Positions 1-11,500 of a stretch of 64,000 nucleotides of DNA are shown in pieces. The notes beneath the pieces are model-generated. The model did no database searches and was not told the DNA's origin. It saw nothing but the letters and a program-made list of their open reading frames with translations. The translations under genes and the position numbers were made by a program. Source of the DNA: Eledone cirrhosa (Eukaryota); contig OZ024742.1 in NCBI GenBank assembly GCA_964016885.1, positions 14,756,001 to 14,820,000 on the forward strand, in the 5' to 3' direction. Position 1 is the stretch's first letter. Each line of letters opens with the position of its first letter.

Positions 1-143
1 CCAGTACTCATTTTCAGCTGAGTGTACTGGAGCTACGTGAAATGAAGTGTTTTACTCAAGAACACAACACACAACCCAGGAATTGAACCCACAACATTAT
101 AATTGTAAGTCCAACACCCTTACCACAAGGCTATGTGCCTCCA
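1..143 (-). mobile_element. 5' part of a tRNA-derived SINE
   Basis: Reverse complement of 48430-48572; A-box-like TAGCCTTGTGG and B-box GGTTCAATTCC. Confidence 0.75.
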
Positions 144-350
144 CTATTCATTTATAATGATTAACTATTATTATGGTCATTTTTGTTGGGACACATATAT
201 TTATATTGTTTCCCTTAATCTTTATTGATAATGTTTTTATTTCTGTTTAGATACAACCATCAAAAAAGTAATCATGTGGTATATTTTATTGTCAATGTTG
301 TTGTTGGCTGGCTCAGTGGAACTTGGCTCAGTACCAGAGAAAAGATGTTC
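1..350. repeat. Inverted duplicate of 48223-48572 (identical by eye; runs off the window start)
   Basis: Base-by-base comparison: position 1 pairs with 48572, and identity ends at AAAGATGTTC (350/48223). Confidence 0.92.
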
Positions 351-446
351 GCTTGATTTGGGAGCATGTAAAACTGACATTACTTGCCTTAATGATTGGT
401 TTTATTGTAAATGCAGCCCATTTTCTAAGCCAGAAGGATTTTGTTT
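274..446 (+). CDS. Cys-rich secreted peptide gene A, first coding exon (exon 251-446): signal peptide, KR site and six-Cys EGF-like spacing
   Basis: Acceptor ttttatttctgtttAG at 249-250; ATG at 274; MWYILLSMLLLAGSVELGSVPEKR-CSLDLGACKTDITCLNDWFYCKCSPFSKPEGFC; phase-2 donor TT|GTACGT at 447. A paralogous exon with the same boundaries lies at 48124-48322 (-). Confidence 0.85.
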
Positions 447-599
447 GTACGTATTCCTATATGAGACATTCTAAGTGAGACCTTTTTCAAAATAACAGAG
501 GGTATATAGCTACAGAGACACTCTATCTCTCAAACACACACACACACACACACACAGAAACACATAAACACATACAACTTACCCAATAAAACGACCAAC

Positions 600-1120
600 T
601 ATTGAAGTTGACAGTTAAAAGGTGAAAGAAGCAATCAAAAAGATGAAGAATGGTAAAGCTATGAGATCGTCAGAGATAGTTGCTGAGATGCTAAAAACAT
701 CAATCAGGTGATACAGGACAGAGTCATACCCAATGACTGGTACAGCAATACAAACTAGTAACCCTACATAGTCAATCAGGTGATACAGGACAGAGTCATA
801 CCCAATGACTGGTACAGCAGTACAAACTAGTAACCCTACATGTCAATCAGGTAATACAGGACAGTCATACGCAATAACTGGTACAGCAGTACAATCATAA
901 ATTGCTACAAGGGTAATGCTCTAGACAGGAGCAACTATAGAGGAATAAAACTATTGGACCAAGTTATGGAGGTGACAGAAAGAGTTATAGTGCAACTAAT
1001 TAGAGACTAAGTTAAATTAGGTAGAACTTGGTTTCATGCTGGGAAAAGTACTACAGACACCTTTTTAATGAGGCAACTAGAACTACAAGAGAAGTTCCTA
1101 GCCAAGAATAAACCGCTGTA
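600..1120 (+). pseudogene. Degenerate RTE-clade RT fragment with an internal ~72-bp triplication (701-900)
   Basis: Encodes VAEMLK, NCYKG, NYRGIKLLDQVM, QEKFLAKNKPL, matching the RTE RT at 25859-26746. Repeat units start near 701, 773 and 844. Confidence 0.75.
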
Positions 1121-1578
1121 ACAAGCTACTTGCCTTTGGCGTATTTATAAAATATTTGTGTGTAATTTGGCTAAGTCAGGCCAATTGTGAGCCGCGCACG
1201 AATATATATTATCAACTTCCGCCCAAACAAAGATTTTCCCACTTCTTTCGTATATATTCTCTCTTGCTGCTTGGACTTTGAAAGGAAAGGACATTATTAT
1301 GTAACGGTGAGATTTTCACTTTGGCCTGTCGGCCTCCTTGGGGCTGGCACATACCACATTCACTTCTTAACTCTAAATTGTTTGTTCCTTTGTTTGACAT
1401 GACAACTCAACTTAACTCTTTGTAATTAGTTGTGAAAATGTTAACGAAGACTTTACGACCAATTCCACAAACATTCGCTTCTCTCACACTTAACAAACCG
1501 TTACCTTAAAACAAAACCACCCACTGCTATACTTTAGCCTAACAAAAACCATACCTTTGCTGCTATGACAAAAATACA

Positions 1579-1663
<85 letters not shown>
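1579..1663. repeat. (TTA)n microsatellite; further tracts at 1855-1901 and 7931-7972
   Basis: Direct reading. Confidence 0.95.
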
Positions 1664-1853
1664 GTTGTTCTTTGAGTCTCAGTCATTGATGTTATTTAAC
1701 TGGAAAGTTTGTTGAAATGAATATCAAGCCGCTAACTGCAGCCTCAGACATTCAGGACATATCGGAGGGTTCTTGCTGTTCCCAGCAAGCATGCCTTTTG
1801 AAGTGTTCCAAAAAGCGGGGCTGGACTAATCTTCTTTAACCATCCTTGGAAAC

Positions 1854-1854
<1 letters not shown>
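1664..1854 (-). mobile_element. 3'-terminal fragment of an R4/Dong-like RLE retrotransposon
   Basis: Near-identical to 53641-53830 and similar to 30970-31160; encodes FQGWLKK...LQKACLLGTARTLRYVLN; (TTA)n on both sides. Confidence 0.85.
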
Positions 1855-1901
<47 letters not shown>

Positions 1902-2118
1902 GAATGCCATGGTTGACGGAGGCTCGGCTCTGTAAGGTATTGTAAATTTTGACCGCTATAACAATTATAAATTGTTTAAAACTTTAACCAAATTGTAGAC
2001 AAAAGCACCCTCCTCCTCGTGAGAGGGGTCTTTCTGCCCGTTATTTGGCCCTTCGGGGTTAAATAACCGCTTATTGGGGTTTTGTGCCCAATATTTATTT
2101 TAAACAAAAAAAAAAAAC

Positions 2119-4213
2119 ATGGCCACGAAAAAGAATTTTCATAGGTCACTCCCACTCATTCCGTCTTCTTCTTCCTCAATCATCACTACAGCAGAGAGAA
2201 GATTGTCTCTCTCCCTCCCTTCTTTAAATGTGTCTCTCTCCCTCCCTTCTCTTTCGCAAGCGACGAAAGAAAAGAAAAGTCTCGTGCAAAGCGTGCAAGG
2301 TTTCTCCACGACGACGACGACAGCGACGAAACAGGTGTGCGGGAAATACGAAAACCCAGTTCATTCGTCTGACGTCAGGAATAATAGCAGTAGCAGCCGT
2401 AATAACAACAGCAACAGTGACAATGAAAACAACAGTAGCAGCCGCAACAGCATCACCAGCAGCATAAACAACAACAGCATTAGCAGCAGCAACACCAACA
2501 ACAACCACAGCAACAGCGGCGGAGGCAGTAGTCGTAGTACCTGCAGCAACAACAAAAGTACCAGCAGCTCTGACGACAACAACAACAGCAGAGAAAAACC
2601 AATTATCATTTGCAGGTATTGCGAAAAACTTGGAAACAATCCTCATAACAAATGAGGAATTAGAGGAAGCGAAGAAGATGGTGACAAAGAACGGACACCG
2701 AGCAATCTGCAAGGCAGCGAAAAATTTTTTCGAAACCCAAGAGCACTGTACGGTCACGTACCGTACAGTAAGTACAAAATCCCGTAGGGTGGAAAGAGCC
2801 ACAGAGGCCCAAATACAAAAAGCCTTGGGGTCTGTGTGGCAGCGGAAAACGCACATCACCCGAGGAAAAAAATATGCCACCGTAGACGTACTTTTTGCCA
2901 CACCCCAGGAGGCAAAGGCCCAATCAGTAGTGACACTAAGGAGCGAGGAAATGGTGTTGGTGCCCTCCTACTGTGGGCAAAAAATTGTGAGGGTCAAACT
3001 GACCCACGTCCCCCCCGGAATGACCCCTTCTTGGCTGGCCGCGTCTGTCCTCGTCGGAATCGAGGACAAAACAACTGTACTGCAAGTACAGAAAAAAGTA
3101 AGAGAAGATTGGGTCGGCTCCTCCATTGAGATGCTAATCCAAACCAACCAGGAGTGCATCGAAGCTATCCCGGATGTGATAGACTTCGATAACGGCACTC
3201 AACTGCCCATAAGTGTTGAGGGCAAACGCCCGAAATGCTTTCGCTGTGGATCGAAGACTCACCTCAGGGCCTTCTGCAACGAGAAGACCCTGAGAAAGGA
3301 GAAAACCCCCCTCCTTCCGAATCCGGCTCCACGGCTACCAGCAACAGGACAAGCGGCAACCAGGAACGATAGGCCCGTGGCACCCATACCCACTCCACGG
3401 AAATCAAAAACAGCAGCAGCAGTGGAAATACTAACAACAACAACAGCAATACCAAATGCAGCTGCAACAGAGACTCCAGTGCAAACATCACCAACAACAA
3501 GTGAAAGAGTGGAGTTGGTACCCCTCCCCGACCTCACAGAATCAGACATGGAGTGTGAGGTGGGAGAGGGATGGCAAAAGGTCGCAAGAAGGCACAAACG
3601 CAGAAGCAGCGCATCGTCGCCTTTGAAAAGGGAGGAAAGAAATGAGAAAAGGGTAAAGTCTACTGCAAAGAGACCCACAGCAGCAACACCACCAACACCA
3701 TCACCACCCACACCAGCACCACCATCACCACCGGCGACAACCCCACCGCCAACAACACCTTCAACACCACCACCACAAGCACCAACATCGCAAACACAAC
3801 AACAAAACACACACACCCAGCAACAACGACAAGAAAATAGCAGAACCACACCCCACCCCCAGAAAAACAAATGCACGGCAATAAACACACACAACAAGAA
3901 ACTAATGACTTACATAATTGAACACACAGACATTTCACAACAGGACTACATAATACCAGCACCAATCAAAACGCCAACTAACATAAGACTGCTAAAAATA
4001 GCACAGAAACAATACACAAACATTAAAACGAAATTCCCCAACGCAGTTGGTGATTTCAGGGACCTAGGAGGAACCATCAATCGAAGAGTATATTCAGACA
4101 TTCTCTTAGAAGAGCCGACGACCAGCCGAAGGGACGATTCAACGGTCCCTTCACCAGACGATCAAGTGAAAAGGGATGTAAAAACCATCCCTCCTCTACC
4201 AAAAGTACGGTAA
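2119..4213 (+). CDS. Tx1 ORF1 (gag-like: RRM-like region, CCHC knuckle, P/T-rich tail); 1-nt frameshift near 2604
   Basis: CFRCGSKTHLRAFC zinc knuckle. ORFs 2119-2655 and 2630-4213 are one frame in copy 2 (KPISFAGIAKNLETILITNEE); copy 1 has an extra base (CCAATTATCATTT vs CCAATCTCGTTT). Confidence 0.85.
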
Positions 4214-4248
4214 GTGGTCTTTCCCATCTTTTCCACTCTATTTTAAAC

Positions 4249-7200
4249 ATGACCTCACTCAGAATAGGCAGCATAAATGCGCGTGGCTTGGGGTCGTCAT
4301 GGAAGCAGGGTCACCTGCTCAACGACCTCAGGTCACTAAACATAGATGTAGTGGCCATCAGCGAGACCAGAATCTCCGAAGCACGGGCCTTCGCACCGAT
4401 CTTCGGCGGCTACGATGTGTACGCATCTCCCAGCCGTCCTGGATCGGGTGGAGGAGTTGCTGTGCTTTTTCGGAGAGGTTTGGATCTCGCCATACGGGCC
4501 ATCTTCCTGGACCCAGAGGGTAAGCTGGTGGTGCTGGACGTGACCAGCGGAGACGGGCAAGCTTTCAGGCTAGTGGCCGTCTATGCCCCGACAGGAGCAG
4601 GGCGGCCTGATTTCTTCCGGCGTCTGGAGACCTTTCTTGGAACGTCCCGCTCTTTAGTGTTAGTGGGCGACTGGAACGGGATCTTAGATGCACGCTGGGA
4701 CTGTGTGGGATTAGCGGATAGGGGTGGAGGGTGCAAGAGCCTCACCAACCTGCTCAGGCGTTTTGAACTGTCTGACAGGTACCGATTGGATTTCCCGAAT
4801 GTGCCAATGTGGACTTGGACAAACCGCATAGGGTCATCCAGATCATATCTAGATAGAGTATTTTGTAGGGAAATAGATAGGTCTAGCATAGGCTGTCCAC
4901 AATTCAAGATAGTCAGCTACACGGACCACAAATTCGTGACCTGTGTGCTTGACTTAGATAGGCTTCATAGACGAGGACCCGGCTACTGGAAGCTAAACGC
5001 GTCCTTACCAGCGCGCAAGGCCTACAGAGACCGGATTAGCGAACTAGTTAAGCGGGCGTTGACGGGGGCCATCGTCAACAACAAGTGGTGGTTTGCTCTG
5101 AAAAGAGCGATTAGAATAGAATCGATTAGGTTTAGTAAGGCTTTAGCAATAGAGAAAAATAGAGCAGAGGGAGAACTAGTTAGAAAATTAGACGAGGCGC
5201 TTAGCAAAGGCATTGCGACCGACGTGCTTGCGGCGAAATTGGCCCTTGACCAATTCTTCAATGCAAAGCACGAAGGCTGCGTTGTCAGAGCTAGGGTGCG
5301 TGCTCTCAGACACGAGGCGACGAAAGCCGTTCAATGGGCCCGAGTGGCGGAGGCGCGTCGTGGCAACAAAGCCACGATCCGGTCTTTGGTGGACCACGAC
5401 GGGCGCATGCTACTCGATCCCGGGCAAATGTGTGAAGCTTTTCAGCGACACTTCGCTCAGCTGTTCGGGGGCAGCGGGGGGCCGGGTAGAGGGATGGACT
5501 TTAGTGTCTACCTCGACGGACTGCCGCGGCTCTCGGCCACTGAGGCGAGGTGTTGCGAAAAGCCGATAACAGCCGCTGAAGTACGGGAGGCAATGACTGG
5601 CTGCACAAGGGGTAAATCGCCTGGTTTGGATGGTCTGCCCTATGAACTTTACGTACAGATGCCAGACTTGTTCGGAGGCCTCTTGGCGGACGTCTACTGC
5701 AACTGGCAACAGAACGGGAGAATTCCCAGTTCTGTGAGCCGAGGAGCGGTGGCACTGCTGAGAAAGGATCCGAACAAGGGGGATAACATAGACAATTTCC
5801 GGCCCATAACTCTGCTAAACACAGAGTTTAAGATTTTGGCCAAGGTGCTAGCAAAGAGGTTGGCGCTTGTCGTTGGTGGTCTGGTGGGAGAGGCGCAGAC
5901 ATGCGCCATTCCCGACAGATCCATCCACGACAACCTCCACCTCATGCGATACATCGTAGAGAGGGTAGCTAGGGAACCTGGCACGGGTGGGTCCTTGATC
6001 AATTTAGATCAGTCGAAAGCTTTCGATAGGGTCGACCATCGTTACCTAGCGGCAGTCCTGAGGGCGGCTGGCTTTGGGCCCGTCTTCAGAGGCTGGATCG
6101 CTGCCATGCACAGCGACATCTGCTCTGTGGTGAGAGTGAACGGTCACCTGTCGGAACCGTTCAACATCATGCGCTCGGTCCGCCAAGGATGTCCCCTCTC
6201 GTCCCTCTTGTACGTATTGACTCTCGAGCCATTACTGCACAAACTGGAGACGTTGAGGGGAGTCCCGCGCGAACTAGGATGCGGAAGATCCGTGTCAGCA
6301 TATGCGGACGATGTCACCGTAGTGGTGTCGAACGCCAAACACATCGAGGCGATCGGCACTACACTAAGAGAATACGAAGCGGTGACAGGAGCAATGATCA
6401 ACCAGGAAAAGTCAGTGGGCCTGCAGCTCGGCACCTGGAGAGGCAGGTCCATGCCGTCCAACAGCGTCGTCGGGCGCTGGACGGACGGACCGGTTAAATT
6501 GCTAGGGGTCTGGTTCGGTCCGGACCTCCAGACGGACAAAAACTGGGACGAGGTGACGAGCAGGGTGGCTTCTCTCACCCAGAAATGGGCGGAGAGGAAG
6601 CTATCCCTGAAAGGTCGAGCGGAGGTGGCTAACGCGTACATCGCGTCTGTCATCTGCTACCGCCTAACCGTCGTACCTTGTCCTAAGCCTCGCCTGACTG
6701 CGCTGGAGCGTTTGCTCTTTCGCTTTTTGTGGAAGGGACGTGCTCCGATGGTCAGGCGGTCCATCTGTTGTCAACACCCGCTACGTGGAGGGCTGGGCAT
6801 GCCGTGGCTGATGATGCGCAGGCACGCGCTCAGGCTACGACATCTCCACCTCTTCCTCGACGGTGATCAGGTGTGGTCGCCGTTTGCTAGACGCGTTTTT
6901 CCCCAGCTCGTTTCCTTGACGGAGCTGCAGTCCTGGGTCAAGCGAAGACCGAGAGGGAGCGCCTGGAGACTGGAATGTCTTCAGGCGCTCACAGCCCTCG
7001 ACCAATCGGGCAATGTGATCGGTGGAAACTCCACCTCGGCGTTCTATAGAGGATTAGTGGAGGGGAAGAGCGACGACGTACTTGGGGAAACTCTAGGCGT
7101 CGACGAAAATCAACTAGCCAATCTCTTCGGAAGAACTTTCGGGCCAGGGCCTATGGACAACTTCCAGAAATCTCTGGCCTGGCAGTGCTACCGAGGAGCC

Positions 7201-7668
7201 TTGCCAGTTCGGGATAAACTCTACAGGCATGGAGGTGCCGTCAGCCGGGCATGTCCGAGATGCGCGCAGGGCGACGAAACCGTCCTGCACGCACTCGTCC
7301 AGTGTCCGAAAATTGCTGACTTGTGGGTTTATGTCGAACACCTGCTGTCGCGTTTAGGACGGATCCAGCTATCATCTGAGTCTATCGTGAGGATTGCCCC
7401 GCCCTCCTCCTTTAGCCGGGAAGGGCAGGCAGTTTTTATCTGTCTGGTGGCCATGGCGAAAGAGATAGTATGGTGGACACGTTTGAAAGGGCTGAAGACG
7501 AGCACTTACCTCTTCGGTGATGCTCTGATTGACTTTTTCAAATTTCATTTGAAAAGGAAAATCAGAGTAGAGAAGGAAGTGCTCTCTTCCCAGCATTTTG
7601 TTGAAAGATGGGTGAGAGAAGCAAGAATGGCCCGAGTGAATGGGCCGACTCTGAGTATATATCTGTAA
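4249..7668 (+). CDS. Tx1 ORF2: apurinic-like endonuclease, reverse transcriptase and C-terminal zinc finger; intact, 1139 aa
   Basis: INARGL, ISET, GDWN, YLDRVF, TDH (APE); SPGLDG, FRPITLLNTEFKI, DQSKAFDRVDH, RQGCPLS, YADD (RT); CPRC...HALVQC. Confidence 0.96.
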   Translation: MTSLRIGSINARGLGSSWKQGHLLNDLRSLNIDVVAISETRISEARAFAPIFGGYDVYASPSRPGSGGGVAVLFRRGLDLAIRAIFLDPEGKLVVLDVTSGDGQAFRLVAVYAPTGAGRPDFFRRLETFLGTSRSLVLVGDWNGILDARWDCVGLADRGGGCKSLTNLLRRFELSDRYRLDFPNVPMWTWTNRIGSSRSYLDRVFCREIDRSSIGCPQFKIVSYTDHKFVTCVLDLDRLHRRGPGYWKLNASLPARKAYRDRISELVKRALTGAIVNNKWWFALKRAIRIESIRFSKALAIEKNRAEGELVRKLDEALSKGIATDVLAAKLALDQFFNAKHEGCVVRARVRALRHEATKAVQWARVAEARRGNKATIRSLVDHDGRMLLDPGQMCEAFQRHFAQLFGGSGGPGRGMDFSVYLDGLPRLSATEARCCEKPITAAEVREAMTGCTRGKSPGLDGLPYELYVQMPDLFGGLLADVYCNWQQNGRIPSSVSRGAVALLRKDPNKGDNIDNFRPITLLNTEFKILAKVLAKRLALVVGGLVGEAQTCAIPDRSIHDNLHLMRYIVERVAREPGTGGSLINLDQSKAFDRVDHRYLAAVLRAAGFGPVFRGWIAAMHSDICSVVRVNGHLSEPFNIMRSVRQGCPLSSLLYVLTLEPLLHKLETLRGVPRELGCGRSVSAYADDVTVVVSNAKHIEAIGTTLREYEAVTGAMINQEKSVGLQLGTWRGRSMPSNSVVGRWTDGPVKLLGVWFGPDLQTDKNWDEVTSRVASLTQKWAERKLSLKGRAEVANAYIASVICYRLTVVPCPKPRLTALERLLFRFLWKGRAPMVRRSICCQHPLRGGLGMPWLMMRRHALRLRHLHLFLDGDQVWSPFARRVFPQLVSLTELQSWVKRRPRGSAWRLECLQALTALDQSGNVIGGNSTSAFYRGLVEGKSDDVLGETLGVDENQLANLFGRTFGPGPMDNFQKSLAWQCYRGALPVRDKLYRHGGAVSRACPRCAQGDETVLHALVQCPKIADLWVYVEHLLSRLGRIQLSSESIVRIAPPSSFSREGQAVFICLVAMAKEIVWWTRLKGLKTSTYLFGDALIDFFKFHLKRKIRVEKEVLSSQHFVERWVREARMARVNGPTLSIYL

Positions 7669-7928
7669 ACTAAAGGTGGAAAACTGGGAGAGGGCACTTG
7701 CCTTGGTGGTCAGGGTCATTGTGGCTTTTTACTGGGCTTTCTCCACAAATGTCCCTCCGAAGTCTCCCCCCTATTGGGGAATTTTTCATTGTTATTTTCA
7801 TTGTTATTTTTGTTACATCCTCTGTTTTTGTTTTTTTACACGCAGAAATGCCCATTTGTACCGTCCTGCATTGTCCTGCACTGTCCTTAATGTCTACTTT
7901 ATGTAAACCCTTGTGGTTAATAAAGAAA

Positions 7929-7972
<44 letters not shown>

Positions 7973-8563
7973 GAATGCCATGGTTGACGGAGGCTCGGCT
8001 CTGTAAGGTATTGTAAATTTTGACCGCTATAACAATTATAAATTGTTTAAAACTTTAACCAGATTGTAGACAAAAGCACCCTCCTCCTCGTGAGAGGGGT
8101 CTTTCTGCCCGTTATTTGGCCCTTCGGGGTTAAATAACCGCTTATTGGGGTTTTGTGCCCAATATTTATTTTAAACAAAAAAAAAAAACATGGCCACGAA
8201 AAAGAATTTTCATAGGTCACTCCCACTCATTCCGTCTTCTTCTTCCTCAATCGTCACTACAGCAGAGAGAAGATTGTCTCTCTCCCTCCCTTCTCTAAAT
8301 GTGTCTCTCTCCCTCCCTTCTCTTTCGCAAGCGACGCCAGTCAAGAAAAATCACGTGAAAATCATGGAACATTTCTCCACGACGACGACAATGACGAAAA
8401 AGGTGTGCGGCAAATACGAAAACCCATTTCATTCGTCTGACGTCATGAATAATAGCAGTAGCAGCCGTAATAACAGCAGAAGCAGCAACAGTGACAAGGA
8501 AAACAACAGTAGCAGCCGAAACAGCATCAACAGCAGCATAAACAACAACAGCATTAGCAGCAA

Positions 8564-8598
<35 letters not shown>

Positions 8599-11500
8599 AC
8601 CACAGCAACATCGGCGGCGGCAGTAGTCGTAGTACCTGCAGCAACAACAAAACTAACAGTAGCTCTGACGACAACAACAACAACAACAGCAGCAAAGAAA
8701 AACCAATCTCGTTTGCAGGTATCGCAAAGAACCTGGAAACCATCCTCATAACAAATGAGGAATTACAGGAAGCGAAGAAGATGGTGACGAAAGCCGGACA
8801 CCGAGCAATCTGCAAGGCAGCCGAAAATTTTTTCGAAACCCAACAGCACTGTACGGTTACGTACCGTACAGTAAGCACAAAATCCCGTAGGGTTGAAAGA
8901 GCCACAGAGGCTCAAATACAAAAAGCCTTAGGATCTGTGTGGCAGCGGAAAACGCATATCACCCAAGGCAAGAAATATGCCACCGTAGACGTGCTTTTTG
9001 CCACACCCCAGGAGGCAAAGGCTCAATCCTTAGTGACCATAAGGAGCGAGGAAATGGTGTTGGTGCCCTCCTACTGCGGGCAAAAAATTGTGTGGGTCAA
9101 ACTGAATCACGCCCCCCCCCCGGGATGGCCCCTTCTTGGCTGGCCGCGTCTGTCCTCGTCGGAATCGAGAACAAAACAACTGTACTGCAAGTACAGAAAA
9201 AAGTAAAAGAAGATTGGGTCGGCACCTCCATTGAGATGTTAATCCAAACCAACCAGGAGTGCATCGAAGCTATCCCGGATGTGATAGACTTCGATAACGG
9301 CACTCAACTGCCCATAAGTGTTGAGGGCAAACGCCCGAAATGCTTTCGCTGTGGATTGAAGACTCACCTCAGGGCCTTCTGCAACGAGAAGACCCTGAGA
9401 AAGGAGAAAACCCCCCTCCTTCCGAAACCGGCTCCACGGCTACCAGCAACAGGACAAGCGGCAACCATGAACGATAGGTCCGTGGCACCCATACCCACGC
9501 CACGGAAATCAAGAACAGCAGCAGCAGTGGAAGTATTAACAACAACAACAGTAATACCAAATGCAGCTGCAACAGAGACTCCGCTGCAAACATCACCAAC
9601 AACAACAAGTGAAAGAGTGGAGCTGGTACCCCTCCCCGACCTCACAGCATCAGACATGGAGTGTGAGGTGGGAGAGGGATGGCAAAAGGTCGAAAGAAGG
9701 CACAAACGCAGAAGCAGCGCATCGTCGCCTTCGAAAAGGGAGGAAAGAAATGAAAAAAGGGTAAAGGCTACTGCAAAGAGACTCACAGCAGCAGCACCCA
9801 CACTAGCACCACCATCACCACCGGCGACAACCCAACCGCCAACAACAACAACACCTTCAACACCACCACCACAAGCACCAACATCGCAAACACAACAAAA
9901 CACACACACCCTGCAACAACGACAAGAAAATAGCAGAACCACACCCCACCCCCAGAAAAACAAATGCACGGCAATAAATACACACAACAATAAACTAATG
10001 ACTTACATAATTGAACACAGACATTTCACAGCACGACTACATAATACCAGCACCAATCAAAACGCCAACGAACATAAGACTGGTAAAAATAGCACAGAAA
10101 CAATACACAAACATTAAAACGAAATTCCCCAACGCAGTTGGTGATTTCAGAGACCTAGGAGGGACTCTCAACCGTAGAGTATATTCGGACATACTCATAG
10201 AAGAGCCGACGACCAGCCGAAGGGACGATTCAACGGTCCCTTCACCAGACGATCAAGTGAAAAGGGATGGAGAAACCATCCTTCTTCTACGAAAAGTACG
10301 GTAAGTGGTCTTTCCCATCTTTTCCACTCCATTTTAAACATGACCTCACTCAGAATAGGCAGCATAAATGCGCGTGGCTTGGGGTCGTCATGGAAGCAGG
10401 GTCACCTGCTCAACGACCTCAGGTCACTAAACATAGATGTAGTGGCCATCAGCGAGACCAGAATCTCCGAAGCACGGGCCTTCGGACCGATCCTCGGTGG
10501 CTACGATGTGTACGCATCTCCCAGCCGTCCTGGATCGGGGGATGGAGTTGCTGTGCTTTTTCGGAGAGGTTTGGATCTCGCCATACGGGCCATCTTCCTG
10601 GACCCAGAGGGTAAGTTGGTGGTGCTGGACGTGACCAGCGGAGACGGGCAAGCTTTCAGGCTAGTGGCCGTCTATACCCCTACAGGAGCAGGGCGGCCTG
10701 ATTTCTTCCGGCGTCTGGAGACCTTTCTTGGAACGTCCCGCTATTTAGTGTTAGTGGGCGACTGGAACGGGATCTTAGATGCACGCTGGGGCTGTGTGGG
10801 ATTAGCGGTTAGGGGTGGAGGGTGCAAGAGCCTCACCAACCTGCTCAGGCGTTTTGAACTGTCTTACAGGTACCGATTGGATTTCCCGAATGTGCCAATG
10901 TGGACTTGGACAAATCGCATAGGGTCATCCAGATCATATCTAGATAGAGTATTTTGTAAGGAAATAGATAGGTCTAGCATAGGCTGTCCACAATTCAAGA
11001 TAGTCAGCTACACGGACCACAAATTCGTGATCTGTGTGCTTGACTTAGATAGGCTTCATAGACGAGGACTCGGCTACTGGAAGCTAAACGCGTTTCTCAA
11101 TAGAGAAAATAGAGCAGAGGGAGAACTAGTTAGAAAATTAGACGAGGCGCTTAGCAAAGGCATCGCGACCGACGTACTTGCGGCGAAATTGGCCCTTGAC
11201 CAATTCTTCAATGCAAAGCACGAAGGCTGCGTTGTCAGTGCTAGGGTGCGTGCTCAGACACGAGGGGACGAAAGCCGTTCAATGGGCCCGAGTGGCGGAG
11301 GCGCGTCGTGGCAACAAAGCCACGATCCGATCTTTGGTCGACCACGACGGGCGCATGCTACTCGATCCCGGGCAAATGTGTTAAGCTTTTCAGCGACACT
11401 TCGCTCAGCTGTTCGGGGGCAGCGGTGGGCCGGGTCGAGGGATGGACTTTAGTGTCTACCTCGACGGACTGCCGCGGCTCTCGGCCACTGAGGCGGAGTG

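Larger units (their letters stand above)
1902..7930 (+). mobile_element. Full-length Tx1/L1-clade LINE, copy 1
   Basis: 5'UTR starting GAATGCCATGGTTGACGG, ORF1, ORF2, 3'UTR with AATAAA (7919) and a (TTA)n tail. The same 5' end recurs at 7973. Confidence 0.93.

Noticed and set aside
274-474. 66-aa single-exon ORF ending YVFLYETF
   Set aside because: The paralog stops at this point, both copies have a GT donor at the same base, and both have matching downstream micro-exons. The tail after 446 is most likely intron read-through.
1118-1570. Solo LTR (TGTAAC start; GTAACGGT...ACCGTTAC inverted ends at ~1300-1505)
   Set aside because: No clean TG...CA ends with a 4-6-bp target duplication, and no second copy in the window.
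2005-2070. HDV-like ribozyme suggested by TCCTCGT in the Tx1 5'UTR
   Set aside because: The flanks TCC and GAG do not form P3, and I could not build P1 or P2. Reported only as hairpins.
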